Positions 1 to 9,249 of a DNA stretch of 60,741 nucleotides are shown piece by piece; positions within the stretch are counted from its first letter, which is position 1; each line of letters opens with the position of its first letter. Both the position numbers and the translations under genes were made by a program. Source of the DNA: a virus (taxonomy: Duplodnaviria > Caudoviricetes); IMG/VR virus record IMGVR_UViG_3300035156_000099, positions 1 to 60,741 of that record, one strand, 5' to 3'. The notes beneath the pieces are model-generated. The model saw only the letters and a program-made list of their open reading frames with translations, searched no databases and was not told the DNA's origin.

Positions 1-330
1 ACCTTCAACCCCATCAACCTTCATAAACGCATCAAATGACATAAAAGCTCCCTGCTTTTCAAAACGTCAGACGTGAAACCTTACCTTCGATATTGCTCGT
101 CTGCCAGCGTCCAGACTGTCCTTAGCCCACGAATCAGAAGGCTCCCACAGGTCGCCCTAAAATATAAACATTCCTGGGGCCAGCGCCGGCGTCGAGGTAT
201 ATCCGCCACTAAGCCATGGCCGAGTTTTTGTCGAGAGCGAGTCAAACCACACACTGCTCAGCAGTGACGCAGAAACAGCCTGAGGATGATAACTATCGCC
301 ATGCTCCCGCTATTCCAAACGCCAGAAACG

Positions 331-364
331 AAAAAGCCCCAGAAGCAAAACTTCTGGGGCTTTT
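331..364 (-). terminator. Host intrinsic terminator originally downstream of the tRNA
   Basis: AAAAAGCCCCAGAAG-CAAAA-CTTCTGGGGCTTTT hairpin. Confidence 0.85.
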
Positions 365-370
365 CAAATA

Positions 371-434
371 ATGGCGGAGAGATAGGGATTTGAACCCTAG
401 GTACTGTCGCCAGTACAACGGATTTCGAATCCGT
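371..434. repeat. att site (left); displaced 3' part of tRNA-Ser
   Basis: ATGGCGGAGAGATAGGG...TTCGAATCCGT, identical to 60676-60739. Confidence 0.97.
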
Positions 435-527
435 TTTTTCTCTCAATAGACATTGGGGCGATATCGCTAATACCCTTTGAGGGCCTCATTTTAAACGTGT
501 TTTTGGACATCACCTTTCCACATGATT

Positions 528-557
528 TGGGGGAATCATTCCCCCACTTTTCCCCCT
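528..557. promoter_or_regulatory. Putative integrase arm-type binding sites (left)
   Basis: TTCCCCCA (539) and TTCCCCCT (550) with 11-bp period, plus an inverted copy at 528; same motif near the right att. Confidence 0.65.
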
Positions 558-582
558 GCCTCCTACGGCGTCCTGCCGACGA

Positions 583-891
583 TCACAAAACCCTTACCAG
601 CTTACTGCCGTCGAAATACTGGGTCCCGGCCTCACGATCACATTCAGGCCGCACAAACAGCCCCAGCCGATAGCCCTCCTCCAACTCCAGCAATCCCCAC
701 TCCATTGCGGCATCACTGATCTCAAGCATGTCGGATAGCTCGCCGGCATCGACCTGGTACCGCTGATACGCGAGGTTCGCCAGCGCACGCAGTTTGGCGC
801 ACTGACCCTCAGGACTGGTAACCAGCTCGAATCGGTCCTCGACTGCCACCTTCCATTCAGCCAGCGGATCGGAGACGTGCTTGTCACTCAA
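583..891 (-). CDS. Prophage hypothetical protein
   Basis: 102-aa ORF overlapping the upstream gene; downstream of a LexA box. Confidence 0.7.
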   Translation of the reverse strand: MSDKHVSDPLAEWKVAVEDRFELVTSPEGQCAKLRALANLAYQRYQVDAGELSDMLEISDAAMEWGLLELEEGYRLGLFVRPECDREAGTQYFDGSKLVRVL

Positions 892-1180
892 AGCGGCACC
901 ACCACGATTGGAAGTAGAACGCCTCGCCCACCTGCTCGATGCCTGTGACGTTCATGCCCTGAGTGCCCATGCTCGTTACGCTGGCATCCAGCAGCCTTGG
1001 CAAAGCATCCGGCGCGTGACCGACGCTGTTCAAAATGAAAGCCTCCCGCGTGATCCGGCCAAGCGCGGAGCACTGCGATTCGACGATCTGCACGTCTCCC
1101 CTGAGCGGCGGGATCTTGCTGAGCTGTTCTTTCGGCACGGCGACGCCCATCTGGCGGCGCGGAGTGATGAGGACGTACAT
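884..1180 (-). CDS. Prophage hypothetical protein, probably SOS-regulated
   Basis: 98-aa ORF ending QSWWC; LexA box 21 bp upstream. Confidence 0.75.
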   Translation of the reverse strand: MYVLITPRRQMGVAVPKEQLSKIPPLRGDVQIVESQCSALGRITREAFILNSVGHAPDALPRLLDASVTSMGTQGMNVTGIEQVGEAFYFQSWWCRFE

Positions 1181-1201
1181 GGGATGATTCGCTTGCGGTA
1201 G

Positions 1202-1217
1202 CTGTATATGCGTACAG
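1202..1217. promoter_or_regulatory. LexA (SOS) box
   Basis: CTGTATATGCGTACAG matches CTGT-N8-ACAG; lies between divergent genes. Confidence 0.85.
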
Positions 1218-1276
1218 TTAACTAAGCGGCACGGTTGTGGTCAACACTGTATAAGCCGATTTGCGACAGGTGACCT

Positions 1277-1995
1277 ATGTGCGGACGCTACTCAATCTAC
1301 GAGCCGATGGACCATTACCTCAAGGAGCTCGCGCCAGAGCAGTTGGTCATCAACGGGTGCGATCTCTGGCCGATCGAGCGCTACAACGTCGCGCCGACGA
1401 CTCGCGTCGAGATCATCCGGCCGTCCTCGGCCGGCCGGATGATCTCGACAAGGTGCGGTGGGGATGGTCACCGTTCTGGGCGAAAGGTGAAGGGAAGCGC
1501 CCCGCTCCGATCAACGCCAGGGTCGAGACGGTGCTCACCGGGAAGTACTTCAAGCAGCTATGGCCGCAGGGTAGAGCGCTGGCGCCGGCGAACGGGTGGT
1601 TTGAATGGGTGAAGGATCCGGACGACCCGAAGAAAAAGCAGCCCTATTTCATCAGGCTGAAGGAAGAAGGCCCGATGTTCTTCGCCGCGCTCGCGGAAGT
1701 GCATCAGGGGCTTGAGCCCGACCCGCAGGACGGCTTCGTGATCATCACCGCCGACAGCGATCAGGGAATGGTCGACATCCACGACCGCCGCCCAGTGGTG
1801 CTAAGCCCCGAGCAAGCCCGGGAATGGGTCGATCCGGAGACGACGCCGGAACGCGCCGCCGAGATTGCCAAAGAGTGCTGCTGGCCCACCGAGGAATTTA
1901 CGTGGTTTGAGGTGAGCAAGGACGTCGGCAATGTGCGGAATCAGGGCGCGCATCTGATCACGCCCCTCTACGACACGCCCGAGGACAAGACCTGA
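1277..1995 (+). pseudogene. SOS response-associated peptidase (SRAP/YedK/HMCES family), frameshifted near 1432-1449
   Basis: MCGRY N-terminus and RYNVAP are in one frame; RWGW, INARVET, GWFEW and IHDRRP are in another. Confidence 0.88.
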
Positions 1996-2586
1996 TTATT
2001 TGTCGGGCTTTGTCACAGTGCCGGGCGCGACAGCGAAGTCCGTGATCGTCGCATTCTGCTTCTGCGATTCTTTCGTCATGCCGAACCAGAAGCCCATAAC
2101 CTGCTTGAGTTCGCCAAACCACAGACCGATGACCGTGCCTACGGTGAGGCTGGCAGTTGGGTCAGTCAGGATCTCCTTGTTCCAGCCCATGAAGACCGCG
2201 CCAATGATCAGCAACGTGCCGAGCAGAATGACGAGCGTGACCGTGGGCCGGATGAAGTCTCGCGGTTGTTGTGCCGCCAGCTTTCGCGCGCTGTCCCGGT
2301 CGGCTGCCTCGGCGGCGTACTGGGCGGCTTCGGCCTGAAGGCGGTTGTTCTCTGCGGTCACTGCAAGCTGCTGCAGCTGGACCTTGGCGTTCACCTGCAG
2401 CTCCTGAATCTTCACCAGGGCGTCAGGGTTGCCGGCCAGCGCGGCATTCACCGATTCAGGATCAGCCTGCACATTCAGGGCGCTGGCCACTAGAGCGCCT
2501 ACCGCCGCGCCAGCCGGGCCGCCGAGTAGCGTGCCTACCATTGGCGCTGCCCTACCAACCAAATTGCCTACGTCTGACCAGTTCAT
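1996..2586 (-). CDS. Holin-like membrane protein associated with the endolysin
   Basis: MNWSDVG..GGPAGAAVG N-terminus, coiled coil, two C-terminal TM segments ending FWFG; ATGA overlap with the endolysin. Confidence 0.65.
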   Translation of the reverse strand: MNWSDVGNLVGRAAPMVGTLLGGPAGAAVGALVASALNVQADPESVNAALAGNPDALVKIQELQVNAKVQLQQLAVTAENNRLQAEAAQYAAEAADRDSARKLAAQQPRDFIRPTVTLVILLGTLLIIGAVFMGWNKEILTDPTASLTVGTVIGLWFGELKQVMGFWFGMTKESQKQNATITDFAVAPGTVTKPDK

Positions 2587-3101
2587 GCGTCCACCGCTCC
2601 GCATTGAAGGTTGCCGGCCACCCGGTTCATCCAGCCTTTGCCGTATGTGGCGAAGGTGGACAGTTTGGTCACGAACAGGATGCGCTCGGCATTCAGTCGC
2701 ATGATCACGTCAGTCACGGACATAGCGTTCACCGCTGCAATCGACATGGGGCCAATCTGTCCGTCATCAGCGACGCCGGCCGCACGTTGAAGCATGCGTA
2801 CCGCGTTACCGTTGCCGTTGTTCATCGCAATGTCGAAAAGCTGATACGCGATGGCTGGCGCGTATTGGTCGCCCTTCGCCCGGTCCCAGAAGTCGCGCTT
2901 GTAGATGGCCTTCGCCTGATCGACCGTCAGGTTCTTGATGTCGAGGTCGGGATAGGACATCGCCGAGATGCCGAACTTCGTCCCGCGCAGCTCGCCCTGA
3001 TTGATGATGCCGGTGGTCCAGTTGCCGCGGTCCTGCGGGTCAGCGCCGAAGCCGCCCTCATGACCGATTACCCGTTCAAACGCCAGATCGAATCCGGTCA
3101 T
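2583..3101 (-). CDS. Endolysin, glycoside hydrolase family 108 with peptidoglycan-binding domain
   Basis: HEGG..DPQDRG..TKFGIS, DGQIGP, GWMNRV motifs. Confidence 0.92.
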   Translation of the reverse strand: MTGFDLAFERVIGHEGGFGADPQDRGNWTTGIINQGELRGTKFGISAMSYPDLDIKNLTVDQAKAIYKRDFWDRAKGDQYAPAIAYQLFDIAMNNGNGNAVRMLQRAAGVADDGQIGPMSIAAVNAMSVTDVIMRLNAERILFVTKLSTFATYGKGWMNRVAGNLQCGAVDA

Positions 3102-3170
3102 GATTTATCTCCAGACAAAAAGAAGCCCGCTCGTAAGCAGGCTCTGTGACTGGTTGCTGGCGTCCAGCGG

Positions 3171-3623
3171 TTAAACGGTTTCGGAAGGCTCTTCAGACTC
3201 ACCGTCCGTCGTGAGCGATGCGTTCGGGATCAGCGCTTTGAGGCGGGTGATCTCGGCGTTGGCGGCGGCGAGGTCCTGCGTGACAGTCTGGATCTGCGCC
3301 TGTGCTTTGCTGAGATCGCCGGTCAGTGCGCCGGACTTGCTCTGCTCGGCAGACAGCGCGGCAGAGAGCACCTGGTTCTGGATGATGTTCTGGGCGTTAA
3401 CCGTGCCAAGCACGTCGGCCAGCTTGGTGCCGGACTCGGTGTCCAGTGTTGCCAGCTGCTCGGGCGTCTCGATGGTGCTGCTGAGCAACTTACCATCTTT
3501 CAGCAGCTGCGTGATCTTCGTCTGGCTCGCGCCGATCAGTTTCCCCTTGTTTGGGTCTACCTCACCAAACCGCAACAGCACTTCGTAGAGGAAGGTTTGC
3601 TCTTCGTAAACTGGAATAGCCAT
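3171..3623 (-). CDS. Coiled-coil protein downstream of the tail fibre (possible chaperone)
   Basis: 150-aa ORF, position, heptad C-terminus. Confidence 0.6.
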   Translation of the reverse strand: MAIPVYEEQTFLYEVLLRFGEVDPNKGKLIGASQTKITQLLKDGKLLSSTIETPEQLATLDTESGTKLADVLGTVNAQNIIQNQVLSAALSAEQSKSGALTGDLSKAQAQIQTVTQDLAAANAEITRLKALIPNASLTTDGESEEPSETV

Positions 3624-3626
3624 GGA

Positions 3627-5270
3627 TTAGCTCACTGTCGTGGTGGTGTTGAGGATTTGCCAGACTGTCCCATTTGAGCGGCAACGCTTTGAACCGCCGG
3701 TGGCATTGGTCACATCGATCTCGTAGCCGGTGTAGGTGGCGGCCGATGGGAGCGTGGTCAGTGTGTATTGGCCGATAAGCACAGGCCCGCTGAAGTTGCC
3801 CAACACCCCGTTTATGCCAGCAAATCTGGCTGCCTGAGTCCCAACGTTTCTGACGTTATTTCCCGGCGGAACAATGTCGGCCGATATCGTCAGGATGTCG
3901 TTTGTAAGATCCAGCTTTATCGGTTGAAAGTTGGGAGCGAGTCCTCCGAACCCTGAAACCCTTTTCTGGAACTGCAACGTGTTGTCATCCAGCACCACGT
4001 AGAGACTATAGGACCCGCCTACCTCGTCCAGCCAGAATCCTGGCGCCGTGGATTGAAAGCCAGTGTATTGACCGGTAAAGACCTTGATGTTGGCGATGGA
4101 CTCATTTCCCGTGAGCCCTACCTTAGTGTTGATCGCCGTCTGCTGCGCCGTGCTTACAGGCTTGTTCACATCCGACGTGTTGTCGACGTTGCCGAGGCCG
4201 ACGTCAGCCTTCGCCAAAACAACATCGCCCGTGCGAGTCGCGACAGAGGTAACGGCGTTCACCTGTGCGCCAGTCTGCACCCCTGCCAGCTTTGTTTTCT
4301 CGGTTGTGGTGTAGTCCTCAGTCGAGAGCTGCTTACCGGTGACCTTGTCGACCTTCGTGCCCTGGAGTTTGCCCAGCGCAGTCAGGATCGTGTCCGCAGC
4401 GGTTACTGCGCCGACGGACGAGGCAAAGCCAGCCAGCGCGGTACCGAGCACACGCACAGCGGTGAAGTAGAGGTTCGTCGTGCCTTCAGGAACGTTGTCG
4501 GTCGTGCCGGGCGAGGCCACCAGCTGAATATAGGTGCTCCCCGACCAGCGATATTCGCGGTTAGTGTCCAGCGCGATGTAGATCTTGCCGGTTTCGCCTG
4601 TCGCAGGGAAAGCCGCAAGGTTCGCGAACTCGAGTACATCGTCGACGTAGCTCGGCAGGTAGGCGGAAGCAATCTTGCTGTCTGAGCCGAGGGGCGCGAC
4701 GCCGTTGGCAGCACCGACGGAACTGGTCTGGACCTTGTCGGTGTTGGCGGCCTTGGCCCGGGCGTCCGTGTAGTAGAGGTTTGTGGTGCCTTCGGGCAGG
4801 CCGTCGGTGCTGGTCGGTCCAGATCCGCTTTCAATAACGGCGCGACCGCTCTTCCGCTGGTACCAGACACATTTCCAAATGTTGGTGTCGTCTACGTTTC
4901 GAAACTTCGCTGTATCGCCAGGCTGCGTAACGATGTCTGCGCCGCCAGGAAGAATGATCCGAGAGGTGTTTGCCAGCACCACTGAGCTGTTGAACTCGAC
5001 CTCACGCGTGTTGCCCTGCGTCCCGTTACCGAGAAAAGTAAGCTGTCCGCTGCCATCAATGAAAACGGTATTCGCGGCTGCGCTATCTATCGTCACCGTC
5101 TGGGCGCCAGACGCGCCGATAGTCATGCTTACTGGTACAGCTTCATTGATCGGTCCGGTCATCTTGACCGAGCCGTCTTTCTTAAAATCTCCTGCACCGG
5201 CCAAGGTGTCGCCCGCCGGCAACTGGACGTTCTGGCCTCCTACACGAACCAGCGGCCTGCGGGCGGCCAT
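3627..5270 (-). CDS. Tail fibre / receptor-binding protein
   Basis: Thr/Gly-rich modular protein with repeated PEGTTNLY(Y/F)T, GVAPLG, and VGLGNVDNTSD.NKPVS motifs. Confidence 0.85.
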   Translation of the reverse strand: MAARRPLVRVGGQNVQLPAGDTLAGAGDFKKDGSVKMTGPINEAVPVSMTIGASGAQTVTIDSAAANTVFIDGSGQLTFLGNGTQGNTREVEFNSSVVLANTSRIILPGGADIVTQPGDTAKFRNVDDTNIWKCVWYQRKSGRAVIESGSGPTSTDGLPEGTTNLYYTDARAKAANTDKVQTSSVGAANGVAPLGSDSKIASAYLPSYVDDVLEFANLAAFPATGETGKIYIALDTNREYRWSGSTYIQLVASPGTTDNVPEGTTNLYFTAVRVLGTALAGFASSVGAVTAADTILTALGKLQGTKVDKVTGKQLSTEDYTTTEKTKLAGVQTGAQVNAVTSVATRTGDVVLAKADVGLGNVDNTSDVNKPVSTAQQTAINTKVGLTGNESIANIKVFTGQYTGFQSTAPGFWLDEVGGSYSLYVVLDDNTLQFQKRVSGFGGLAPNFQPIKLDLTNDILTISADIVPPGNNVRNVGTQAARFAGINGVLGNFSGPVLIGQYTLTTLPSAATYTGYEIDVTNATGGSKRCRSNGTVWQILNTTTTVS

Positions 5271-5785
5271 CAGAGCACCACGTAATCGTAGTCGTCGGTA
5301 TCCAACTCAGTCGCACTCAGAGCCACGCCGATTTTCTGGTCGATGCTGCCCGCTGTTGCGGTGGTCGAGTCCAGTGCGGGTGTAATCACGCCGCCGGCGG
5401 TGCCGAGGTAATACGTCGAACCGATGGTCAGGCCGGTGAGCTGACTGTTCACACCGTCGAGGTCGTAAGCGGCACCGGTAGCGGCCGATGCTACGGCGGC
5501 CAACACGTAGCCGTGGGCAGGTCGGCCGTTGGAGTTGTCGGCCAGTCGCATGTTCAGCGCCCCGGCGTTCAGGTAGAAGTTGACGAGCTTGCCGGCAGCA
5601 ATGGCCTCACTGGCGGGCATGGATCGGCTGGCAGGCCCGGCGCCGGCGTTGTAAAGCGTCGGATCAAACTTGCCGTCTGCACCAAGCGCGGGAATCTTGC
5701 CTGCATCCGCTGCACCTGCCGAAGAGACGATAGGCGTGTACTGCTGGTTCTGGCCGTTTACCCGGCGAAGGACTTTGTCTACCAC
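5270..5785 (-). CDS. Virion structural protein (fibre/decoration-like)
   Basis: LTIGSTYYLG and IGVALSATEL motifs; resembles 5795-6265. Confidence 0.7.
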   Translation of the reverse strand: MVDKVLRRVNGQNQQYTPIVSSAGAADAGKIPALGADGKFDPTLYNAGAGPASRSMPASEAIAAGKLVNFYLNAGALNMRLADNSNGRPAHGYVLAAVASAATGAAYDLDGVNSQLTGLTIGSTYYLGTAGGVITPALDSTTATAGSIDQKIGVALSATELDTDDYDYVVL

Positions 5786-5794
5786 GTGAATCTC

Positions 5795-6265
5795 CTACGC
5801 CAGAAGAACTGGCTCATTGAGGTCGATATAAAGGCGGGTCGCGCTGGTCGCGAAGCCGATGATGAAGTCCCAACCAGAGGTTGGCGGGGTTTGAGTGAGG
5901 GTTCCGTTCGGTCCGCACCAGACATGACCCTCAGCCCACGACCACGCCGCGTCATCCACGAAACCTTGCGTCTGGATGGTGATGTCGGTGCCGATGGATG
6001 CGGAGGTAAGCGCGAGACCAAGTGCTTGATACACAGCCTCGGTCGTCGGGTTGACTGGATGAACAAGCTGCTGGCTTTCGAAGACGATGCGCAGAGCACT
6101 GATCGTCTCGCCGGCGGTACGAACAATGGTCTGCACGCCACCGCCCGAGTCAGTGCCCGGACGACCAGGTGCGCCACGCTGACCGACCATGATCGTGAAG
6201 GCGCCGCCGTACTCGCGCCGGACAAGGCAGTCCGCTTCGCCCTGCACCACGAATGCGGAGTTCAC
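5795..6265 (-). CDS. Virion structural protein (fibre/decoration-like)
   Basis: AGETISALR, GTLTQTPP and IGFATSATRL motifs. Confidence 0.7.
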   Translation of the reverse strand: MNSAFVVQGEADCLVRREYGGAFTIMVGQRGAPGRPGTDSGGGVQTIVRTAGETISALRIVFESQQLVHPVNPTTEAVYQALGLALTSASIGTDITIQTQGFVDDAAWSWAEGHVWCGPNGTLTQTPPTSGWDFIIGFATSATRLYIDLNEPVLLA

Positions 6266-6867
6266 CGGGTGACCTCTTCGCCGATCTTGACCTTGCTGAT
6301 CGCCGTTACCGGATAGACGTCACCGCTCGGAGTGATGAGCTCCAAGTCATAGACGCCGCGCGCCCAGGTGATGGCCGCCGTTGTGGAAGGCGAAAGACGT
6401 ACGACCAGCGCCGCAAGGCTGATATCGATGTCGATTTCGCCGTCCGGAACGGTCAAGGGATCGGAGGTGAGGGTAAGCAGGATGGAGCCGCCAATGCGGT
6501 CCCGGATCTGCATTCGGGCCGAGCAACCGGTGAGATCGAACGGGCGGTGGAAGATGACCGAACCACTGGGCACGAATGGGCGCCAGTTATCTGCGCGCAC
6601 CGAGTTCAGCTCGATCGTGTCGCCGCTCACAGCGGTGGAGATGAGGTAATCGCCTTCAGCTGTGTTCAGCTCTTCAGGCTGGCGAACGCTTTCAATGCTG
6701 ATCGGCCAGCCGTCAGGGATACCGTGGCTTGCAACAGTGAGACGGACAGGCGCAACGCTGGGCAGGCCAGAGATTGGCAGGTAGACCCGCTCAGGCTCGG
6801 CGTACCGATACATGAACTCGAAGGTCTTGCCTCGCGTGATTGTGATGTCGACGACGGGGGCGCCCAT
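6262..6867 (-). CDS. Virion structural protein (fibre-attachment/BppU-like)
   Basis: DLTGCSARMQIR and GVYDLEL motifs; first gene after a boxed promoter. Confidence 0.7.
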   Translation of the reverse strand: MGAPVVDITITRGKTFEFMYRYAEPERVYLPISGLPSVAPVRLTVASHGIPDGWPISIESVRQPEELNTAEGDYLISTAVSGDTIELNSVRADNWRPFVPSGSVIFHRPFDLTGCSARMQIRDRIGGSILLTLTSDPLTVPDGEIDIDISLAALVVRLSPSTTAAITWARGVYDLELITPSGDVYPVTAISKVKIGEEVTR

Positions 6868-6946
6868 GGAAATCTCCTGAGATTTCCGGTGAGCGTATGT
6901 GACTGGATTGGGAGGGGAAGTGCCCTATAGCCGCTATGCCAGGCTA

Positions 6947-7231
6947 TCAATCACAAGACATGCGACTGTTGTTGTAGCCGTAGGCCTGGCAGTCGAAATG
7001 CGTCTTCGGGGGCGGCTGATACTGAGGAGCCTGCCTGATAATCACAACCGGTGGCGGCTGTTCGATTCCTGCGGCGATTCTGGCCTGACGTTCCGCGCGG
7101 GCGCGATCTACAGCTTCGCGGCGCTGCTTCTCGATACCCATTGAGCTGGTGCTGTCGGGAATGATTGTCAGCGTGCCGGCAGTGGCAGTGGCGCTCGCCA
7201 GCGCAAGGCAGATAAGAAGGATGTATTTCAC
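6947..7231 (-). CDS. Small exported protein (moron)
   Basis: GTG start, signal peptide KYILLICLALASATATAG, two C-terminal Cys. Confidence 0.6.
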   Translation of the reverse strand: MKYILLICLALASATATAGTLTIIPDSTSSMGIEKQRREAVDRARAERQARIAAGIEQPPPVVIIRQAPQYQPPPKTHFDCQAYGYNNSRMSCD

Positions 7232-7482
7232 GACCTGATCCTTGTCGATGGTGGGCGGCACAGTACGGATGCCAGTTATCACCACTATCGGCACGACGGT
7301 TTGGTTCTGAAGCCTGAAGCCTGAAGCCCAGTTATCACGTTTATCATGACAACTGGGCAACTGTGGTGATAATCACCATGGTTCAGCATTTGGATTGAGT
7401 AGCGAGGTTCCGTCCCAGGCGGCGACGGAACCTGCCAACACGCTCAGCGGGTTAGGAGTGTTATGACTGGGCGTAAAACCCG

Positions 7483-7941
7483 CTAGCAATACCCATCAGC
7501 TTTTCTAGCCTCGACGATCTGACGAACCTGATCCTGAGTAAAGACTAATGCCTCCTGATAACCGCTAGATGCAGTTCGTGCTCGCTTTGGCTTGAAGCCA
7601 AGCTTCAGCACATATCGTCTCGCAGCGCTTCTGTCCATCTTCAGCATTTCAGCAAGCTGCTTTAGCGATGTCATCCCTTTGGTCGGGGAGCTGATTGCGA
7701 CCGGCGTGCTCGATTCTGCTGGCTTTTGATTCAGATGGACGGTGGACAGGAATGAGGTTGCGCCTGATAGCCATGCAACAAACATCGCATCGGTAACCTC
7801 CCTACCCAGTCCATCCTCCCAGATGCTGTAATAAAAGGTCAGCTCCTGAATTAGCAGGCCGTGAGGCGGCGTACAGATGCAGTGTCCAGCCAGGACGCCC
7901 TCGTAGTGGATCTTCTTAAATTCCTCTGCCGACAAGCTCAT
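7483..7941 (-). CDS. Hypothetical protein with C-terminal HTH
   Basis: SLKQLAEMLKMDRSAARRYV; coupled to ant by an ATGA overlap. Confidence 0.7.
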   Translation of the reverse strand: MSLSAEEFKKIHYEGVLAGHCICTPPHGLLIQELTFYYSIWEDGLGREVTDAMFVAWLSGATSFLSTVHLNQKPAESSTPVAISSPTKGMTSLKQLAEMLKMDRSAARRYVLKLGFKPKRARTASSGYQEALVFTQDQVRQIVEARKADGYC

Positions 7942-8873
7942 GCCGCACCCCCAGTCTCGACCACATATCGCTGAGGATCTTTCATGACCCGACTTAGGCC
8001 TTCTACAAAGCTATCGATTCCCCGCACCTTGTTGCGGAAGGTCCGAATCTCGTACAGCGCCCCGTCAACTTCGTAGCCTGCCCTTTTTAATTCAAACAGG
8101 ATGTTCTCGCAAAGTGACTGCTGATCATGACGAAGGTCACCCAATGCCACGTCAAGCCATGCGCTGTCCGAGTCCCGAACCGTCAGCATTCCAGTGCGTC
8201 TGGAAGCCAGAACCCCAATAGGGTAGTGGATGTTAAGACGCTGCAGCGTTGGCTCGGCATCCATAACTACCCTCGCGGTCGGTATGGAGGTATCCAGCGG
8301 CCGACACATCATGAATGCGCAAACTGCCGGATATTGACTGTCAGGGATGTCCTTGTAGGTGCCGACCTGAAAGCGATCTTTTATCCCGCGCCACACCGCC
8401 GAGTATTTTTTCCGATCCATTCCGGCAAGCTCGGCGACGCGGTTTTGGATGTGCCGTTGGTGTGCAGGCGAAAGAGGTTCGGGTTTGTGCTCGATGGCAA
8501 GAACAGGCGTCTTCCCGAAGTAGCTGTCCTCCAGCCTTTCGAACACTTCCCATGCCTGCTCCGTGTCAAGCATCTTGGCGTGACGGGCAGCGCCGCGCTC
8601 AGTCCACAGGATGATTTGGCGGGTGTTTTTTGGTATTTCAACTACATGTCTTTGAGACGTGTAGTCCTTAAGAGCCTTTAATTCCGCGCCTTCCAGCTTG
8701 AAGTAGTGCTTTCCGTCAATGAAGCGATCCCGGTTTCGGCTCAGGTTTTTCGTGATGTAAGCGTCTTCTGTACCGTACAGTTTTGCCAGCAAAGCGGTCG
8801 TCACAACGGGGCGACCGGCGTGCGTGATTGCCGGAAGGTTGTCAGGGGTCACAGCTGTGTTAGTATTTTGCAT
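7938..8873 (-). CDS. ant: Antirepressor (ORF6N domain with C-terminal antirepressor-type domain)
   Basis: VVTTALLAKLYG..RNRDRF..GKHYFKL..LWTERGAARHAKMLDT; follows arc. Confidence 0.85.
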   Translation of the reverse strand: MQNTNTAVTPDNLPAITHAGRPVVTTALLAKLYGTEDAYITKNLSRNRDRFIDGKHYFKLEGAELKALKDYTSQRHVVEIPKNTRQIILWTERGAARHAKMLDTEQAWEVFERLEDSYFGKTPVLAIEHKPEPLSPAHQRHIQNRVAELAGMDRKKYSAVWRGIKDRFQVGTYKDIPDSQYPAVCAFMMCRPLDTSIPTARVVMDAEPTLQRLNIHYPIGVLASRRTGMLTVRDSDSAWLDVALGDLRHDQQSLCENILFELKRAGYEVDGALYEIRTFRNKVRGIDSFVEGLSRVMKDPQRYVVETGGAA

Positions 8874-8945
8874 GACGTTTGATTCCTGTGAAGTTTCTAC
8901 GTTGCCCGAAGCCTCAGTGTTCCCGCACTGGGGCTTCTTCATTTT
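8873..8945 (+). ncRNA. Putative Sar-like antisense RNA over the ant RBS
   Basis: Extended -10 TGTTAGTAT (8858-8866) and terminator-like hairpin GAAGCCTCAGTG-TTCCCG-CACTGGGGCTTC; same layout as P22 immI. Confidence 0.5.
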
Positions 8946-9115
8946 CAGGCTGATGCCTGACCTTCTCTCGACTTTCGCCATTTCAGACCCTCCTCAATCA
9001 GCAATCCAAGCTCTGCGTTCAAGCTGCGACGGTTCTTTCTTGCTTCATACTCGGCCTCGCCCTTAACAGCAGGCAGCAGGCTGAGCGGGTATCTTGCTTT
9101 GGCTGCGTCTTTCAT
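8945..9115 (-). CDS. arc: Arc-like ribbon-helix-helix repressor
   Basis: YPLSL..ARKNRRSLNAEL; GGAGG RBS. Confidence 0.85.
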   Translation of the reverse strand: MKDAAKARYPLSLLPAVKGEAEYEARKNRRSLNAELGLLIEEGLKWRKSREGQASA

Positions 9116-9249
9116 TTGAACCTCCTTTCCCATCACTTGACATCATTAGGCATCACTTCCTGATGTGCTGTCAACATCATTTCCCATCATCTGTTGCGAT
9201 AAATATATTTCGCAGACATCATGCGCGGACAACTGAAATTGGAATCACC

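Noticed and set aside
372-434. Second tRNA-Ser gene
   Set aside because: Only the 3' part is present; the 5' acceptor strand and D arm are missing, so it is the att duplicate
258-446. 62-aa ORF at the left end
   Set aside because: It is a translation of the tRNA fragment and terminator at att
1261-1995. 244-aa ORF with TTG start as an intact SRAP
   Set aside because: The catalytic Cys2 N-terminus (MCGRY) is in another frame starting at 1277
3627-5270. Diversity-generating retroelement or invertible fibre cassette
   Set aside because: No reverse transcriptase, template/variable repeat pair, or invertase found; repeats are short peptide motifs
7456-7470. CCAGTCATAACACT as a member of the promoter family
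   Set aside because: The -10-like hexamer is out of register with the other copies
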